A stretch of 64,000 bases of DNA, from the IMG/VR virus record IMGVR_UViG_3300009103_001660, positions 32,001 to 96,000 of that record. The stretch is one strand, 5' to 3'. The notes beneath the pieces are model-generated. The model was not told where the DNA came from, ran no database searches, and saw only the letters and a list, made by a program, of their open reading frames with translations. Below, piece after piece: positions 47,055 through 56,679 of this stretch. Within the stretch, counting starts at the first letter, position 1. Every line of letters begins with the position of its first letter. A program made the position numbers and the translations under genes. Source of the stretch: a virus.

Positions 47055-47483
47055 TTAGTAAGTGAAGCCGAAATTGTGATATTCATCTAAGTAAAGATCG
47101 TCTATGTTGTCAAAATCAAAATTTAAATTAAATTTTTCGACATCGGTTTTAGCTTTTACAAAATCGTCTTCCGACGGAATTATGGATGCGGAACAATCAA
47201 AATTACGCTTTAGGTCGCCAGAGGCTAATCCTAAATATGCGTTTACTCGAGCCATACACCATAAAGTTTTTGTTACATTATCACATTCTTCTGGAAATTC
47301 TCTAGACGCGTTCCTGAAAACCTTTTTAAGTATGCGGATGTTAGTTTTTTTGTTTTTGTTTTCTTTGTTATACTCTTTTACTTTTGACTGAAGCACACCG
47401 ACAATCTTATTGGAATACTCGACAAACAAGACTTCTGAGTTTTCCTCTGGCTCAGGGGCTTGGTTTGTTACGTCGATTTCCAT
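47055..47483 (-). CDS. Hypothetical protein with W.MARVNAYL motif
   Basis: Probable ATG at 47483 downstream of TATAAT-TT-AAGTGTAT; the GTG start given by the ORF track lies inside that motif. Confidence 0.6.
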   Translation of the reverse strand: MEIDVTNQAPEPEENSEVLFVEYSNKIVGVLQSKVKEYNKENKNKKTNIRILKKVFRNASREFPEECDNVTKTLWCMARVNAYLGLASGDLKRNFDCSASIIPSEDDFVKAKTDVEKFNLNFDFDNIDDLYLDEYHNFGFTY

Positions 47484-47514
47484 TATTACAATATACACTT
47501 AAATTATAATTTTT

Positions 47515-47736
47515 TTAGTTTTTTTTGAAAATGTTAAAAATCCCCTTCCACTGGCCAGATTTTTGGTTTTCTTCCTTTTTCATTCTTTGTACATCGAGCT
47601 CGTTTTTAAACTCTCTTAATGCAAAAATCGCATGGGCAGCGTATCGCCCTTTGGACTTGCGATAGCTTTTATCGCGATACTTTTTGTCAAGATCGCTGAG
47701 CATGTCGCAAATCTCCTTGTATGCAAAGTAAACCAT
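47515..47736 (-). CDS. Hypothetical protein (73 aa)
   Basis: AGAGG upstream; contiguous on the coding strand. Confidence 0.6.
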   Translation of the reverse strand: MVYFAYKEICDMLSDLDKKYRDKSYRKSKGRYAAHAIFALREFKNELDVQRMKKEENQKSGQWKGIFNIFKKN

Positions 47737-47742
47737 CTCTCA

Positions 47743-49128
47743 TTACTCTTTGATCTTTATGGTGCCACTGTCCACCCACAAAGCGCCAACCACAGCGGGC
47801 TCGCTAGTGGGTAGTTTACTAGTGTTTAGAACAACGTGACCATCCTTTGTGAGCTTCATCACTTCATCTGCGGTGCTCACGTCGTTACCATCCGTAGAGC
47901 TATCGACGCAAAATAGCAATTCTCCTTGTCCGTTGCCACCTGTTCTTTTATGGACTATAGCAGACTTCATAAGTCTACCGCCTGTGTCTACACCAAATCC
48001 TATTCCTGCATATTTGTCGGAAGCGGCAACCTCCGAGTGGATTCTAACTTTCATACCGCCTTGGTCAAAGGTGTCGCTGGCATCATCCACATGAAATAAT
48101 GAATCAGGCGCAGTTGCTCCGCCAGTTCCAACGCCGACTCTTTCTGCTGATGTGATGGTAATGGCTGTTGCGTCTGCGCTTGAAGATATACCTGCCGTAC
48201 TTCCGCCAGCCGCTGCCCAAGCAGTTGTTCCGTTAGTTTGTGCGGTCAGAACATAATCATTAGTTGACGTAACCGCTGTTGGTAAAGTATAAGCGCCGTT
48301 TATTTTTACTCCTCCTGCATCCAGAATCTGTAGACGTTCGACGGCAGCGTTCCCGCCGCTTGCATTTTCAATTACTAAATTTCCACCAGTATCTTTTATT
48401 CTATAGTCAGTATAGTTATCTGCTCCCCAAGTGTCATTTGCTCCACGCTGTAGCTCAATCGCGGGAACGGCAGAAGAATCTGTGTCGGCATGAATATTAA
48501 AGACCACGCTTGAATCAGCTTTTTTCATTTGGAGAAGGCAAGTTGGGGACGTGGCACCCGTGCCTATCCCAACTCTTCCGTTTGCTAAGTCAATGCTTAA
48601 ATTATTCGCGTGCGCTCCCGTTGTTCCGCCGAAAGTACCTATCCCCGCATCAGAACCAATATACAAACTGTCGTTGGAATCCCTTATCCTAAGATAGGCA
48701 TCCGTATCAGTAGATTGAAAATCTGCTAATTGATTGTCAGCATTCACAACACTAATAGGAGAACTTGGACTTGGCTGACCTATGCCCAAGCGATTATTTG
48801 TCGAATCCCAATGTAAACCAGAATCAGCAAAAATTGTATCTTCGTCAGACCAAATAGCGACCTTATTTGCCGTACCAGTTCCGATTTCTCCTGCTGCTGT
48901 TAAATCCGACTCTGAAACGTCGTTAGACCTCCAGTATAGTTTACCATCAGCTTTAGTATATAAAAGTCCGCCATCTCCATTACTCGGCGCAGATGGGGTA
49001 CTACCCTGCTCTTCAGAGATATGAATAATACCACCGACCTCAAGAGCTTGGTCTGGATCAGTAACCCCTGCTCCGACATTATGAAGGAACACAATTGGGT
49101 TTATATCTCTTAGCAGTATTGTTGCCAT
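47743..49128 (-). CDS. Short fibre protein with R(V/L)G(I/V)G repeats
   Basis: VGAGVTDPDQALEV, RLGIGQPSP, RVGIGTGATSP, RVGVGTGGATAP repeats typical of beta-rich trimeric fibres. Confidence 0.7.
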   Translation of the reverse strand: MATILLRDINPIVFLHNVGAGVTDPDQALEVGGIIHISEEQGSTPSAPSNGDGGLLYTKADGKLYWRSNDVSESDLTAAGEIGTGTANKVAIWSDEDTIFADSGLHWDSTNNRLGIGQPSPSSPISVVNADNQLADFQSTDTDAYLRIRDSNDSLYIGSDAGIGTFGGTTGAHANNLSIDLANGRVGIGTGATSPTCLLQMKKADSSVVFNIHADTDSSAVPAIELQRGANDTWGADNYTDYRIKDTGGNLVIENASGGNAAVERLQILDAGGVKINGAYTLPTAVTSTNDYVLTAQTNGTTAWAAAGGSTAGISSSADATAITITSAERVGVGTGGATAPDSLFHVDDASDTFDQGGMKVRIHSEVAASDKYAGIGFGVDTGGRLMKSAIVHKRTGGNGQGELLFCVDSSTDGNDVSTADEVMKLTKDGHVVLNTSKLPTSEPAVVGALWVDSGTIKIKE

Positions 49129-49147
49129 ATCTTAAATTACACTTTCT

Positions 49148-49336
49148 TTAATCCATTTTTTCATTTAAAGCTCCCAATACTGTTTTTGTAGCTTTACTTA
49201 CAACCATATGCTCTTTATATGTCAGCTTAGCGTTCCTAGCTAAACCGACGATCAGATTAAAAGCATCTTCTACCGACATTTCGTCTACGCGTAAGGATTC
49301 TTCTTGATTTGCCTGTTCTGTATTTTCTGTTTCCAT
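49148..49336 (-). CDS. Small hypothetical protein, possible fibre chaperone
   Basis: 62 aa between two fibre genes; positional inference. Confidence 0.5.
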   Translation of the reverse strand: METENTEQANQEESLRVDEMSVEDAFNLIVGLARNAKLTYKEHMVVSKATKTVLGALNEKMD

Positions 49337-49355
49337 AAGTTATATTATACTGCAA

Positions 49356-50252
49356 TCATTTAGCTGTGTAAACTCTTATATATCCACGTTTTGGTGCACT
49401 TCTTGTGCCAAGATTAACTTGTATCCAGCCTTCTGTTCCTGCAGATTTTCCTGCGGTTCCTCCATCCTCAAGGATATATTTAGTGTTTCCGCCTATAGCA
49501 AATTCTAAATTTGTTGTAGAGTCTGTTGTATCAATAACCCCAGTATTATCATCCATATCCCAGCTTAATACAATCCCTCGCTCAAAACCACTATCATAAG
49601 GATCATCCTGAAAAAATCTAGCTTCACCTTTTACTGTCAATAGTTGGGAGGATGTGCTTGTCGGCGTAGAAGCTCTTTGTGCTAATATATTTGTTACTGA
49701 AGGTAGGCCTACCCCTATATTACTATCTAAAAGAGTAGATGCTCCCCCAGATGCTATGGACATAATATCTTTATCTGATGAGTCGTGGCTCTTTTTAATA
49801 ACAAAGTTATTTGCAGAGTTTGACCCAACCCTCCATTTGTCCGTATCGTCTTTTCTAAATGATAAATAAGTATCATTGTTATCAGCAGAATTTACAGTAA
49901 CCATGGCGCTACTGTCTGTCGATGCTGTCCCTATGCTTACTTTTCCGTCTTGTTTTGCGGCGAGTGCAGTTATGGTGCTGCTAATTAATCTAATGTCATC
50001 TGTCTTGTCGGCGCTCTCATCATTGACCAATCTCCACTTTTGAGTGTTGCTACTATTGTACCAACTAATGTTACTTTTGTTTCCCGTGTTAACGCTTGAT
50101 TTAAATTGTATTCCCTGTCCAGTGTTATCATGTTCAAGCTTTATGTTTCCGCCTTTTATTACAAGCTTTTCATCTGGCACAAAATCTGCGCCCAACGCCA
50201 TGTTGTTTAAAAAAACTACTGGATTTAAATCTTTTAAATTAACTGTTGCCAT
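49356..50252 (-). CDS. Short fibre-like protein, N-terminal paralog of 47743..49128
   Basis: MATVNLKDLNPVVFLNN vs MATILLRDINPIVFLHN; KVSIGT and NIGVG repeats. Confidence 0.65.
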   Translation of the reverse strand: MATVNLKDLNPVVFLNNMALGADFVPDEKLVIKGGNIKLEHDNTGQGIQFKSSVNTGNKSNISWYNSSNTQKWRLVNDESADKTDDIRLISSTITALAAKQDGKVSIGTASTDSSAMVTVNSADNNDTYLSFRKDDTDKWRVGSNSANNFVIKKSHDSSDKDIMSIASGGASTLLDSNIGVGLPSVTNILAQRASTPTSTSSQLLTVKGEARFFQDDPYDSGFERGIVLSWDMDDNTGVIDTTDSTTNLEFAIGGNTKYILEDGGTAGKSAGTEGWIQVNLGTRSAPKRGYIRVYTAK

Positions 50253-50550
50253 TATGTTTTATCCTATCTCCATCTAAGTAAAATTCTGACGGCTCAGATG
50301 GATCTACTTTATGCTTGGCACATTGTATGACCAACTCTTTCATGAAATCGTTAATCTCTTTTTGAGATGGGTCTTTTTTACTTTTTACTTTTTCATAATA
50401 CTTTATGAATTTATCGTCTGCGACAAAATCTATTTTGGAGTCTTGTCCGTTCATAATTTTTAAACATTCTAATACCGCGAGGTTGTTAAGAAATTTTGGC
50501 TTTTGCAAATCTTCATCGAAAGACACTTCTGGTTGTTGTAATTTACTCAT
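50239..50550 (-). CDS. Hypothetical protein (103 aa)
   Basis: Coupled to neighbours; PKFLNNLAV resembles the fibre N-terminal motif PVVFLNNMAL. Confidence 0.6.
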   Translation of the reverse strand: MSKLQQPEVSFDEDLQKPKFLNNLAVLECLKIMNGQDSKIDFVADDKFIKYYEKVKSKKDPSQKEINDFMKELVIQCAKHKVDPSEPSEFYLDGDRIKHNGNS

Positions 50551-50552
50551 AT

Positions 50553-51818
50553 TTAAAATGGTGGAAAAAATTCTTGTGATATTTTTTGGTTTGAATTATT
50601 AACTACAAAATTTCCGCTACTATCTATAATTTGATGGCTAAACGTAACCATAGACCCACTAACGAAAAGTCCTTTTGCATTATTTTCAAAATCGTTCGGG
50701 CATGAAAATCTTAAATTAGATGTGGTCTGCCCTCCAATCGCCTGACCCCCAGCGCTATCAGTAAGCTTTGCGCCAGACAAAACGTGTCTCAATATTACAT
50801 CAGATCCGTTCTTGAATTTAACTACTAAATTATAATCAGAATTAGTATCCAAATTATCAGCTAGATTACCCTTTGAAAGACCAGAGTTTAATAGGGAAAT
50901 AGAGCACTCTGTTACTACTGGAAAAACCAAAGGCTTATCACTAGGAAGTTTATTTCCAACATAATCAAGGCTTTCTCTGGGTAAGGTAGTATTTGCTGAA
51001 TACGTTTGAATTACTTGGTTTTGAAATTTTATTGACTCATCTCCAGCGGGTGGGTTGCTTTCTAAGATGTCTACCGTTATATCCCCCTGAGTAAAAGCTT
51101 TTGGCTGGTTTGTTACATTTGTATTTGCTTCCGCAAAATGTCTAGGTATAATAATTTTTTTATTATTGGATACAACGACACCAGATTTTAAGTTTAAATC
51201 AGGTATATGCACACCACTTCCAGAAGTATAAATCACTACATTGTTTGATTGTAAACCAACAGAAGTGGTTGCGACTGATCCAACCTCTGCAGCTATACTG
51301 TGACTGGTGGTATAACAATTTTGGAAAGACATAACGTTAAAGTCTTTACTTTGGTTATGTATGTAGTCATGTATTAAAAGTGTCCCAGAAACATTGGGGA
51401 CCTCTAAAGACTGGTCTCTTATATCCCCACCTCCATCATTGGTAGTACAGACATAAAGATTTCTTTGATCTTTTTTTCTACCAACGTCAGCGAAGTCATA
51501 GAAAAGGTTTTTACTTTCGCTAGTTGATTGATTTTCTGTATAGAATCCTATTCTATTTTCATTAGATATTCCGTCTGTAATGTAGTTTAATTCTATATCA
51601 ACCGTTGCCCTACCTTTTTGTCTTGCTGTCGGGGTGGACTTTCCTAAGGTTATCGCATCTTGCTGTTGAAAAGATATGCCATAATTAAAAGATTGAAGTC
51701 TATTAACTCTTTTTAAAATTTCATGACCAGGAACACCAGTTATGTATGGGTTTTGTTCGGAAGGAGTAGAACCCATAAAAACGTCTTGTACATTATATAT
51801 TATCCTGTTTCGAGCCAT
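50553..51818 (-). CDS. Second tail-tube-like protein (full-length paralog of 21611..22753)
   Basis: MARNRIIY/MASRNRVIY, RLQSFNY/RLQSCNY, NENRIGF/NEDLLGF, FPV/FPV, DYNLVV/DYDLIV, GAKL/KAKL, AIG/AIG, GLFVSG/GLFFSG in the same order. Confidence 0.75.
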   Translation of the reverse strand: MARNRIIYNVQDVFMGSTPSEQNPYITGVPGHEILKRVNRLQSFNYGISFQQQDAITLGKSTPTARQKGRATVDIELNYITDGISNENRIGFYTENQSTSESKNLFYDFADVGRKKDQRNLYVCTTNDGGGDIRDQSLEVPNVSGTLLIHDYIHNQSKDFNVMSFQNCYTTSHSIAAEVGSVATTSVGLQSNNVVIYTSGSGVHIPDLNLKSGVVVSNNKKIIIPRHFAEANTNVTNQPKAFTQGDITVDILESNPPAGDESIKFQNQVIQTYSANTTLPRESLDYVGNKLPSDKPLVFPVVTECSISLLNSGLSKGNLADNLDTNSDYNLVVKFKNGSDVILRHVLSGAKLTDSAGGQAIGGQTTSNLRFSCPNDFENNAKGLFVSGSMVTFSHQIIDSSGNFVVNNSNQKISQEFFPPF

Positions 51819-51826
51819 ATAAATTC

Positions 51827-53893
51827 CTATGCTTTACTAACATATAGAATACTGGCTAAATAGTCATCTACTTGGTGGGCGCAAGCTATTTCTTGAATTT
51901 GTTTAACTCTTTTTTTATTCGTATCCACTGGGTTTTTTACATAATCTTTAACTTTTAACTCCCAATTTTTTACAGCTTCGTTTGCCAGTATGACGCCCGT
52001 TATTCCTTCGGCCACTTCTATTTGTTTTTTGTCTAATATCTTCTTTTTAAATTTTCTTTTTAATAGACCACACACTTTATTGAAAACCTTGTCAGCTTTA
52101 ATAAAATTATCTTTTACCTTATTTAAAGAAAAGTTCTCAGAGGAAGCTCCAACGGGTTTTACGTTTTTGGTTGATTGGGGGGTGTGGGTTCCTGGGGGTC
52201 TTCCCGTTTCTTGCGGGGTTTTAGGCATTGGAGCTTGTTGCTCTTGCATTTTATTAACTTGTTTTTCTTCTGATTTTAAATTTTTATCAGCAAGATCCAT
52301 TTGCCCCTTTTGAGCTTTATCTGCAAGTACGCCTTGAGTGTGCGGTCCTCCTGCCATGGGTTCGTAATACCCTTTCTTTTTGAGTTCTAGATACTTCTTT
52401 TGAGATTCTCGAGACTCTTTACTGTCGGGAAGTCTTCCAGTTTCAAGAGCAGTTATGCCCTCTTCTGCAGTCAAAATGCCAAGTTCAATAAGTCTGCTAT
52501 ATATTCTAGTTACCACATCATCGTTTTGTAATGAAATTGGTTCAAAGTGTGGCATGGGATAATTTTTAAACCCTAACTCTTTGGCGATTCTTTTTATTTC
52601 TGGAGCTAGAAAATCATTTATAAAAGCCTCTCTAGCCTTATTAAGCCTCGCTAAGAATAATTCGACTCTACTGTTTTGATTTGCGAACCTTTCCCCAACT
52701 CCAGTTATTATAGCATTTAATCCCATGGTGATATCTCTATCTACTACTTCATACTTTTTGGGATCCAAGAGGTCAGCAATTTTAGGAACGACAAATTCAG
52801 CTTTTGTTGTATAATCTGCGATTAGAACTCTACCTATAGATTCGTTTTCAAAAAGTTTCTGCATCGCTTCTAAATTCTTATGGTTTATGCCGCCCTTATC
52901 TGGCTCCGAACCCATAGTAACTAAAAGAATTGTTTGCTGCATTGTTCTAGTGACAGCCATATCCATCTTTTTGAGCTCGGCTTTCCAGTTTATATCATCC
53001 AAAACTGGATAAGCCATGGGAACAGCTAGGGGCTCATAGTCCTGCCTTTTATAAAAAACCGCATTTAGTTTTTCCATATCCAATGGAACAGTAACAGCAC
53101 TATGCCTTTGTTTGATTAGGCTTTTAACCTCTTTCGGCAGATTATTAAATACTTCTCTGTCTTCGTCAGTTTGCGGGTCTTTCAGCCTAAGTAATTCGTA
53201 ATCGCTTAGTACCTTATAGTATTTTCCAGCCGCAAAAGAAATGTTTCCCCCCACCTGAATATCCGCGGGGTTTAAAATAATATATCTAGAAGGAATTACA
53301 TAAGTTAGACCAGCATTCGAAGTTCCGAAGGTCTGTGTCATTTTGTTTAAATCATTTTTTTGTATTTTTGCATCAAACCTATAAAGAAAGACATTTCCAG
53401 ATCGATAGTACTCTCTAAAAAATTTATCCTGCAAGCTTGATAGATTTACTTTTTTAAATAGGGCGCTAAAAAAATCTACAGACTTCTTGCTTCCGCCACG
53501 GAGAAATATGTCACTCGCAGAAAATTCCGTCATTAAGTCTATGGCGTTTCTAAAAATAGCAAAATTATAATATGCTTTTTGGCACAAAATAACCGCATCC
53601 CTTACATCTATGTTTGCAGTACTCCCATACCCGCCAGTATTTTTAAAAGGTACAAGCCCATTATCTATGTTTGCAAATCTATCTGTACGCTCTATGCTTG
53701 CAGACCTATTTCTTCTAGTCCTAGTAGCCGTTGCAGCGGTAGATACGGCGGCGGTAGCTTGTGAGGCGCTTGAAACCATTAGCGGCTCACTAGAACTATT
53801 GGACTTTTTGGTTCTTTTGGTAGCTCTTTTTGCTGGCGCTTTTTTCGCCGTTGCCGCTTTCGTCTGCTTTGGGCTATTTTGACCTTTTTTCAT
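51827..53893 (-). CDS. Portal protein
   Basis: Directly downstream of terminase; 688 aa; AYYNFAIFRNAIDLMTEFS, FFREYYRSGNVF, ELGILTAEE..., acidic/basic tail. Confidence 0.8.
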   Translation of the reverse strand: MKKGQNSPKQTKAATAKKAPAKRATKRTKKSNSSSEPLMVSSASQATAAVSTAATATRTRRNRSASIERTDRFANIDNGLVPFKNTGGYGSTANIDVRDAVILCQKAYYNFAIFRNAIDLMTEFSASDIFLRGGSKKSVDFFSALFKKVNLSSLQDKFFREYYRSGNVFLYRFDAKIQKNDLNKMTQTFGTSNAGLTYVIPSRYIILNPADIQVGGNISFAAGKYYKVLSDYELLRLKDPQTDEDREVFNNLPKEVKSLIKQRHSAVTVPLDMEKLNAVFYKRQDYEPLAVPMAYPVLDDINWKAELKKMDMAVTRTMQQTILLVTMGSEPDKGGINHKNLEAMQKLFENESIGRVLIADYTTKAEFVVPKIADLLDPKKYEVVDRDITMGLNAIITGVGERFANQNSRVELFLARLNKAREAFINDFLAPEIKRIAKELGFKNYPMPHFEPISLQNDDVVTRIYSRLIELGILTAEEGITALETGRLPDSKESRESQKKYLELKKKGYYEPMAGGPHTQGVLADKAQKGQMDLADKNLKSEEKQVNKMQEQQAPMPKTPQETGRPPGTHTPQSTKNVKPVGASSENFSLNKVKDNFIKADKVFNKVCGLLKRKFKKKILDKKQIEVAEGITGVILANEAVKNWELKVKDYVKNPVDTNKKRVKQIQEIACAHQVDDYLASILYVSKA

Positions 53894-53904
53894 GCTTTTT
53901 ATAC

Positions 53905-53919
53905 TTACACTAATTTATA
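53905..53919 (-). promoter_or_regulatory. Composite TATAAAT-TAGTGTAA promoter motif
   Basis: 11 nt upstream of the portal ATG. Confidence 0.55.
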
Positions 53920-55741
53920 ACATTCTGGGTACAAAAGTTTGTGGTTCTTCTGCTGGGGTTGCCATCATATCATAATAGCACTTTATAGCCCAATTTGCTA
54001 ACATTAATGTGGTATAATTATCTTTTCTAGCCCTATTTGCCGAGGTACTCTTCCTTAGGTGTAGCGGTAAATCAAATGTTTGACTACCTCTAGCTGTACT
54101 CTTAACCTCAACAAGGGCACACTGCTTTTTTGTTTGATATACCAAAGCGTCTTGATTTTCGATAAAGTCTAAAAGGGATGGCTCATTTACGTGGTCTAAT
54201 TTTACCTTGGAGTTTGAATATACATTAAAAGCCGCCTCATTACTTTGCACCCTAGAAGCAAACCATATTTTTTTATGATCAATTCGAGCTTGAAGATGTT
54301 CATTTGACTTTCTTATAAAGTCGGTTGTAAAAACTTGCTTGAAGCATACTTTACCGTCTTGTTTATTATATTCCCTTCTAGACTTCCTAATTCCTTTGTC
54401 ATAATCTGCGCCTTCTGCGTCGCTATCAAATTCAAAGAATTTTAAATTGATTTTATCACTTTTAAATAATGCATTTTCGTTACAGCTATCTATAAATTGA
54501 AATCCAGCATTATCAATGCATATCATTTCGATATTAAAATGAGTCATCACATGATACATATACTTGATGTGATCTTTAAGGTCACCGCCAGCAACAGCAT
54601 AGCTGTGAACCAACGTACCAGTTTTCGTTTCGTCATCTAATTCAAGAACGGACATTGCAAAATAATCAGAAGAAGGACTATTACTAAAGCTGGGGTCAAT
54701 ACCCATTATATATTTTTTATCTTTATCTCCTATTATTTTTGTAGTTGGACTTTCTCCATCTGGAATGGTGCATTCGTGCATCTTTTTCGCACTAAAATAA
54801 CTATCACTTCCGTCAGTAAATTGAGCACAATATTCTCTTTGGAAAGATGAATGACTTTGACCTCCGCTTTGTGCTTCGTCGATAATCGTTCTATCTATCA
54901 TATGTTCTGGAAGAGATTCGTATCCCATTTGAGAAATAAAATATTTTGCTTCTTCGCTATCGTTTTTGTCATAGATTTTCGCTGTCCAGTCTTGATAGGT
55001 TTTAAATAGATTTTCAAAAGTATAACTGGCAGATGATAATGCTATCATTTTTGTATCATTTTCAAAAACAGTTCTGTCCTCCTCCTTCATTTCCCCCTTT
55101 TCTATAAGCTTATCTTCTATTTCTCTTACCTCTATTCTTTCTTTCATGTTTTGGGGCGCAACCAAAAACGGCATAAGAACTGTTTGGATTATATCTTCTG
55201 GAAGAAGAAGGTACTCATCTAAAACCAAAACGTTTGCGCGAAAACCTCTAATCTTTTCTCCGTTTAGCGGAATGGCTGTAATTGACCCTCCATTTATCAA
55301 CCATTCAAACTGGTCGTTTCTTCTAGTTTTTGCACCAAAAGCTTGAGCTAATAATTCTGCACCCTTAGATTCTACTATTTTTTCTAAGTTGTTGAACACA
55401 AACCTTGCAGTTCTAAAAGTCGGACCAGCTATAAGAATTTTAGTTCCAGGATTAAATATGCACTGTAAAAAACAAAAGATTGAAGCAATAAAAGTTTTCC
55501 CACAACCACGACCCCACACGCACATTGAAAAATTTCTATTCATTAAGGCCTTTAGTGTTATTTCTTGGTAGGGAGCTAACTTAACTCCAGAAATCAAATC
55601 TGTAGTAAGCCCCAAATTTGCCCTTAAGAATTTGGCTAGGCTTATCTTAGCTTCCTTGTTATCTAAATATCCCTTTATGTTAAGAAGCTCAGCGTTTACG
55701 CTTGGTATGTCTTTTTTATATTTATCTGGACAATACCACAT
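53915..55741 (-). CDS. terL: Terminase large subunit
   Basis: Walker A WGRGCGKT, IRGFRANVLVLDE (Walker B), ALSSA coupling motif, nuclease MGIDPS and RKDNYT. Confidence 0.93.
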   Translation of the reverse strand: MWYCPDKYKKDIPSVNAELLNIKGYLDNKEAKISLAKFLRANLGLTTDLISGVKLAPYQEITLKALMNRNFSMCVWGRGCGKTFIASIFCFLQCIFNPGTKILIAGPTFRTARFVFNNLEKIVESKGAELLAQAFGAKTRRNDQFEWLINGGSITAIPLNGEKIRGFRANVLVLDEYLLLPEDIIQTVLMPFLVAPQNMKERIEVREIEDKLIEKGEMKEEDRTVFENDTKMIALSSASYTFENLFKTYQDWTAKIYDKNDSEEAKYFISQMGYESLPEHMIDRTIIDEAQSGGQSHSSFQREYCAQFTDGSDSYFSAKKMHECTIPDGESPTTKIIGDKDKKYIMGIDPSFSNSPSSDYFAMSVLELDDETKTGTLVHSYAVAGGDLKDHIKYMYHVMTHFNIEMICIDNAGFQFIDSCNENALFKSDKINLKFFEFDSDAEGADYDKGIRKSRREYNKQDGKVCFKQVFTTDFIRKSNEHLQARIDHKKIWFASRVQSNEAAFNVYSNSKVKLDHVNEPSLLDFIENQDALVYQTKKQCALVEVKSTARGSQTFDLPLHLRKSTSANRARKDNYTTLMLANWAIKCYYDMMATPAEEPQTFVPRML

Positions 55742-56679
55742 TATAAGACCTTACTGTCATATGCGAGTTGTAAGTCCATTTTTTTATACAAACAACCGCA
55801 CGTAAATATTTTTTCTATAATCTCTGAGGCTTTTTTTCTTCCGTGAACAAATAAAAATTGTATATGGGGATATTCTTGGATAAGATCCCTTACATTCCTA
55901 AAAATATATTCTGGGGTAGCCTTAGTATTCTTTTTATAAACGTGGGGCAGATAATTAAATGAGAGACAGTTCGAAAGAGACTCCTCAACCAATACTACTA
56001 AATATGCATCCGCGTCTCTCGCTCTCTCTATTTCATTTTTAAATCTTTCTAGTCCACCACTCATTGTACCTATGAAGTCACCTACAGATTTTCTTTCTAT
56101 ATAACAGTTACAAGCCAGCTCCTTGTTACTTAAAGCATAGTCTCCGAACTTCAACGTTTTGACTTCTGTTTCCCTTTTAAATTTTAGTGGTTTTTGTTCT
56201 CTTGTATCTACGTAAATTTTATATTTAGGGTTATCATACTCTGAGCCATAAACAATATTATCTATATAAGAGTATTTATTTTTAAGACCTATCGACTTAC
56301 ACAGTTCATAATAATCTCCTATAATCTTGTTATAAAAATGAATTGGGGGTATCATTACAGATCTTAGTTCGACTTGGCACGGTGAATATATTAGGTTTTT
56401 TTTATTTTTTCTTTTCGTAATTAAGTCTTTGCAATATTCTACCGCTTCGTTTTTTGGTTGGTCTTTAAGCCACATTCTCATATTCGTCCTGCTGTTAAAG
56501 TCTGTGGAAAAATATTGATCTTTGTTTTTAAATTTGATTATGTCCCCAGTGTGTTTGTCATATCTTGGATATTGAGTTTGATAATATTCTACCATTCTGA
56601 CCCCGTGAACTTTTAAATGTGAATGTAAGCTTCGGTCAGTATTAAACTCTTTGTTGCATATTTTACACAAACTACCCAT
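55741..56679 (-). CDS. C2H2 zinc finger plus ERCC4 (XPF/Mus81-type) nuclease
   Basis: CKICNKEFNTDRSLHSHLKVH at the N-terminus; IYVDTREQ, TL.FGDY, IERKSVGDF in the C-terminal half. Confidence 0.8.
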   Translation of the reverse strand: MGSLCKICNKEFNTDRSLHSHLKVHGVRMVEYYQTQYPRYDKHTGDIIKFKNKDQYFSTDFNSRTNMRMWLKDQPKNEAVEYCKDLITKRKNKKNLIYSPCQVELRSVMIPPIHFYNKIIGDYYELCKSIGLKNKYSYIDNIVYGSEYDNPKYKIYVDTREQKPLKFKRETEVKTLKFGDYALSNKELACNCYIERKSVGDFIGTMSGGLERFKNEIERARDADAYLVVLVEESLSNCLSFNYLPHVYKKNTKATPEYIFRNVRDLIQEYPHIQFLFVHGRKKASEIIEKIFTCGCLYKKMDLQLAYDSKVL

